A DNA stretch of 63,130 nucleotides, counting the filler, from Rhabdomonas costata (lineage: Eukaryota): the NCBI GenBank assembly GCA_019059605.1. It is 21 parts of 21 records of this genome, joined end to end, with 100 filler letters (N's around TTAATTAATTAA, not from the genome) between each part and the next. Parts side by side here need not be neighbours in the genome. Positions count along the whole stretch, not along the records: positions 60,227 to 63,130 come from JAHMHO010001761.1; 20 more parts are not named here. The stretch is one strand, 5' to 3'. The position numbers were made by a program, and so were the translations under genes. The notes under the pieces were generated by a model that made no database searches, had not been told where the DNA came from, and saw only the letters and a list, made by a program, of their open reading frames with translations. Position 1 is the first letter of the stretch; each line of letters begins with the position of its first letter. Shown here in pieces: positions 62,074 through 63,130 of the stretch.

Positions 62074-63130
62074 CGGGCCGGATATGGGGAAATCGATCGA
62101 CTATGAATATTTTTTTGCAATTTTATTGGCAAAGCAAGGGGGATGACGAGGGATATCTGAGGCCGACCGAACTTCCCGTGTTTCTATGGAATGGTTTTTG
62201 GCGGGGTTGGGACCCCTTGAAGCGATTGTGATCTGGGAAGCTCGGGACCATTTTTCTTCTCTGCGTCTAGACTGGGGGTGTGCAGAAAGGGTGTATCAGC
62301 TATGATTGATCTGTGGGCAGCAGGTGGTTGGTGGAACTTGCCTTCAGATGGCTCGCCCTGTGCGGGTTGCAGGAGTCATTTGAAGTCACTTGAAGCCTGT
62401 GTGTTGGTATTGATACAAAGTGGGATGCCATGTGCTCCTGCACGGGTGTTTCCGTTGTTTCGGTGCTTTTCTTGGAGGTATAGAATCATGTTAAAAAACT
62501 GCTGTTAAGAAAAACTTAAGTCATTCCTGGCGAATCATTCGCGAGAAGATATTTCCGTTTGGATGGCATCTGCTCGAAAAAGTGTAGTGTCTCTTCTTGC
62601 TGACCAGCGAGGTACTGCGGGACTTGCTGGTGGGATGTGTCAGCGCTCCTGGTTTCCATGCACTTCTTCTGGATGACATTTTGACTGAATTCTGACACAA
62701 AGATAAACTGGTTGCCGCGGCGGTATTAGCACGATTCCGTTGTGCGCTTTCAGGAGCACGTGTCTGATGGTGCACACGGTGAGACTAACTTTCATTCATG
62801 TGCTAGCATTGCCGGCATCTCATCCCCCGGGCATTCAAGAGCTCTTTCTTGTTTGACTGTGCGTCTGGCATCCACCTCCACCCTTTGTTGGTATTCACCC
62901 ACACCCGCTCTAGCAACACCAATTAGTCTGCCGCCCCAGGGTAATCTTCAAATCTCGATCGCTCAACACCCACGCGAGCCAACAATCTTGTTTTCCTCCA
63001 CCCCACCATTTTTCCGAGCCCACCCCTATGGCCATCACTGACCCCCCTGGAAGTGGCAGTAGCAGCAGCACGGGCCGGGTCTCCACTGGAGGCTCGTACG
63101 GCTCCGGGCTGGCTGAGATGAGGGAGATCC

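Overview
This window is not one locus. It is 21 unrelated ~2.9-kb contigs joined by artificial 100-nt spacers (44 N + TTAATTAATTAA + 44 N). The DNA is eukaryotic and intron-rich, with GC-rich exons, and most contig ends carry G/T-only (5') or A/C-only (3') tails suggesting whole-genome amplification. A euglenozoan-like protist is a tentative guess, based on a DDEWMYQL cyclase motif and GTRTG-biased donors. Splicing exons by hand gives partial genes for a BRAP2-like protein, an unusual histone H3 variant, a degenerate intron-containing Helitron, a cNMP-domain protein, an ABCB transporter, nicalin, a cyclase-like protein, an ankyrin protein, GPC1, a DHCR24-like oxidoreductase, an EF-hand protein, LRR and RING proteins, a CCR4/Angel-type EEP nuclease, AFG1, PDS5, an SDR, a CPA2 antiporter and Nbp35. 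Family calls rest on motifs I recognise, not on database searches. The strongest signals are a relaxed splicing code (6 GC donors among ~65 resolved, near-obligate exonic -1 G, frequent AAG acceptors) and an H3 variant with a 5-residue loop-1 extension lacking S28, K56, K64 and K79. I found no RNA genes, CRISPR arrays or prokaryotic systems.
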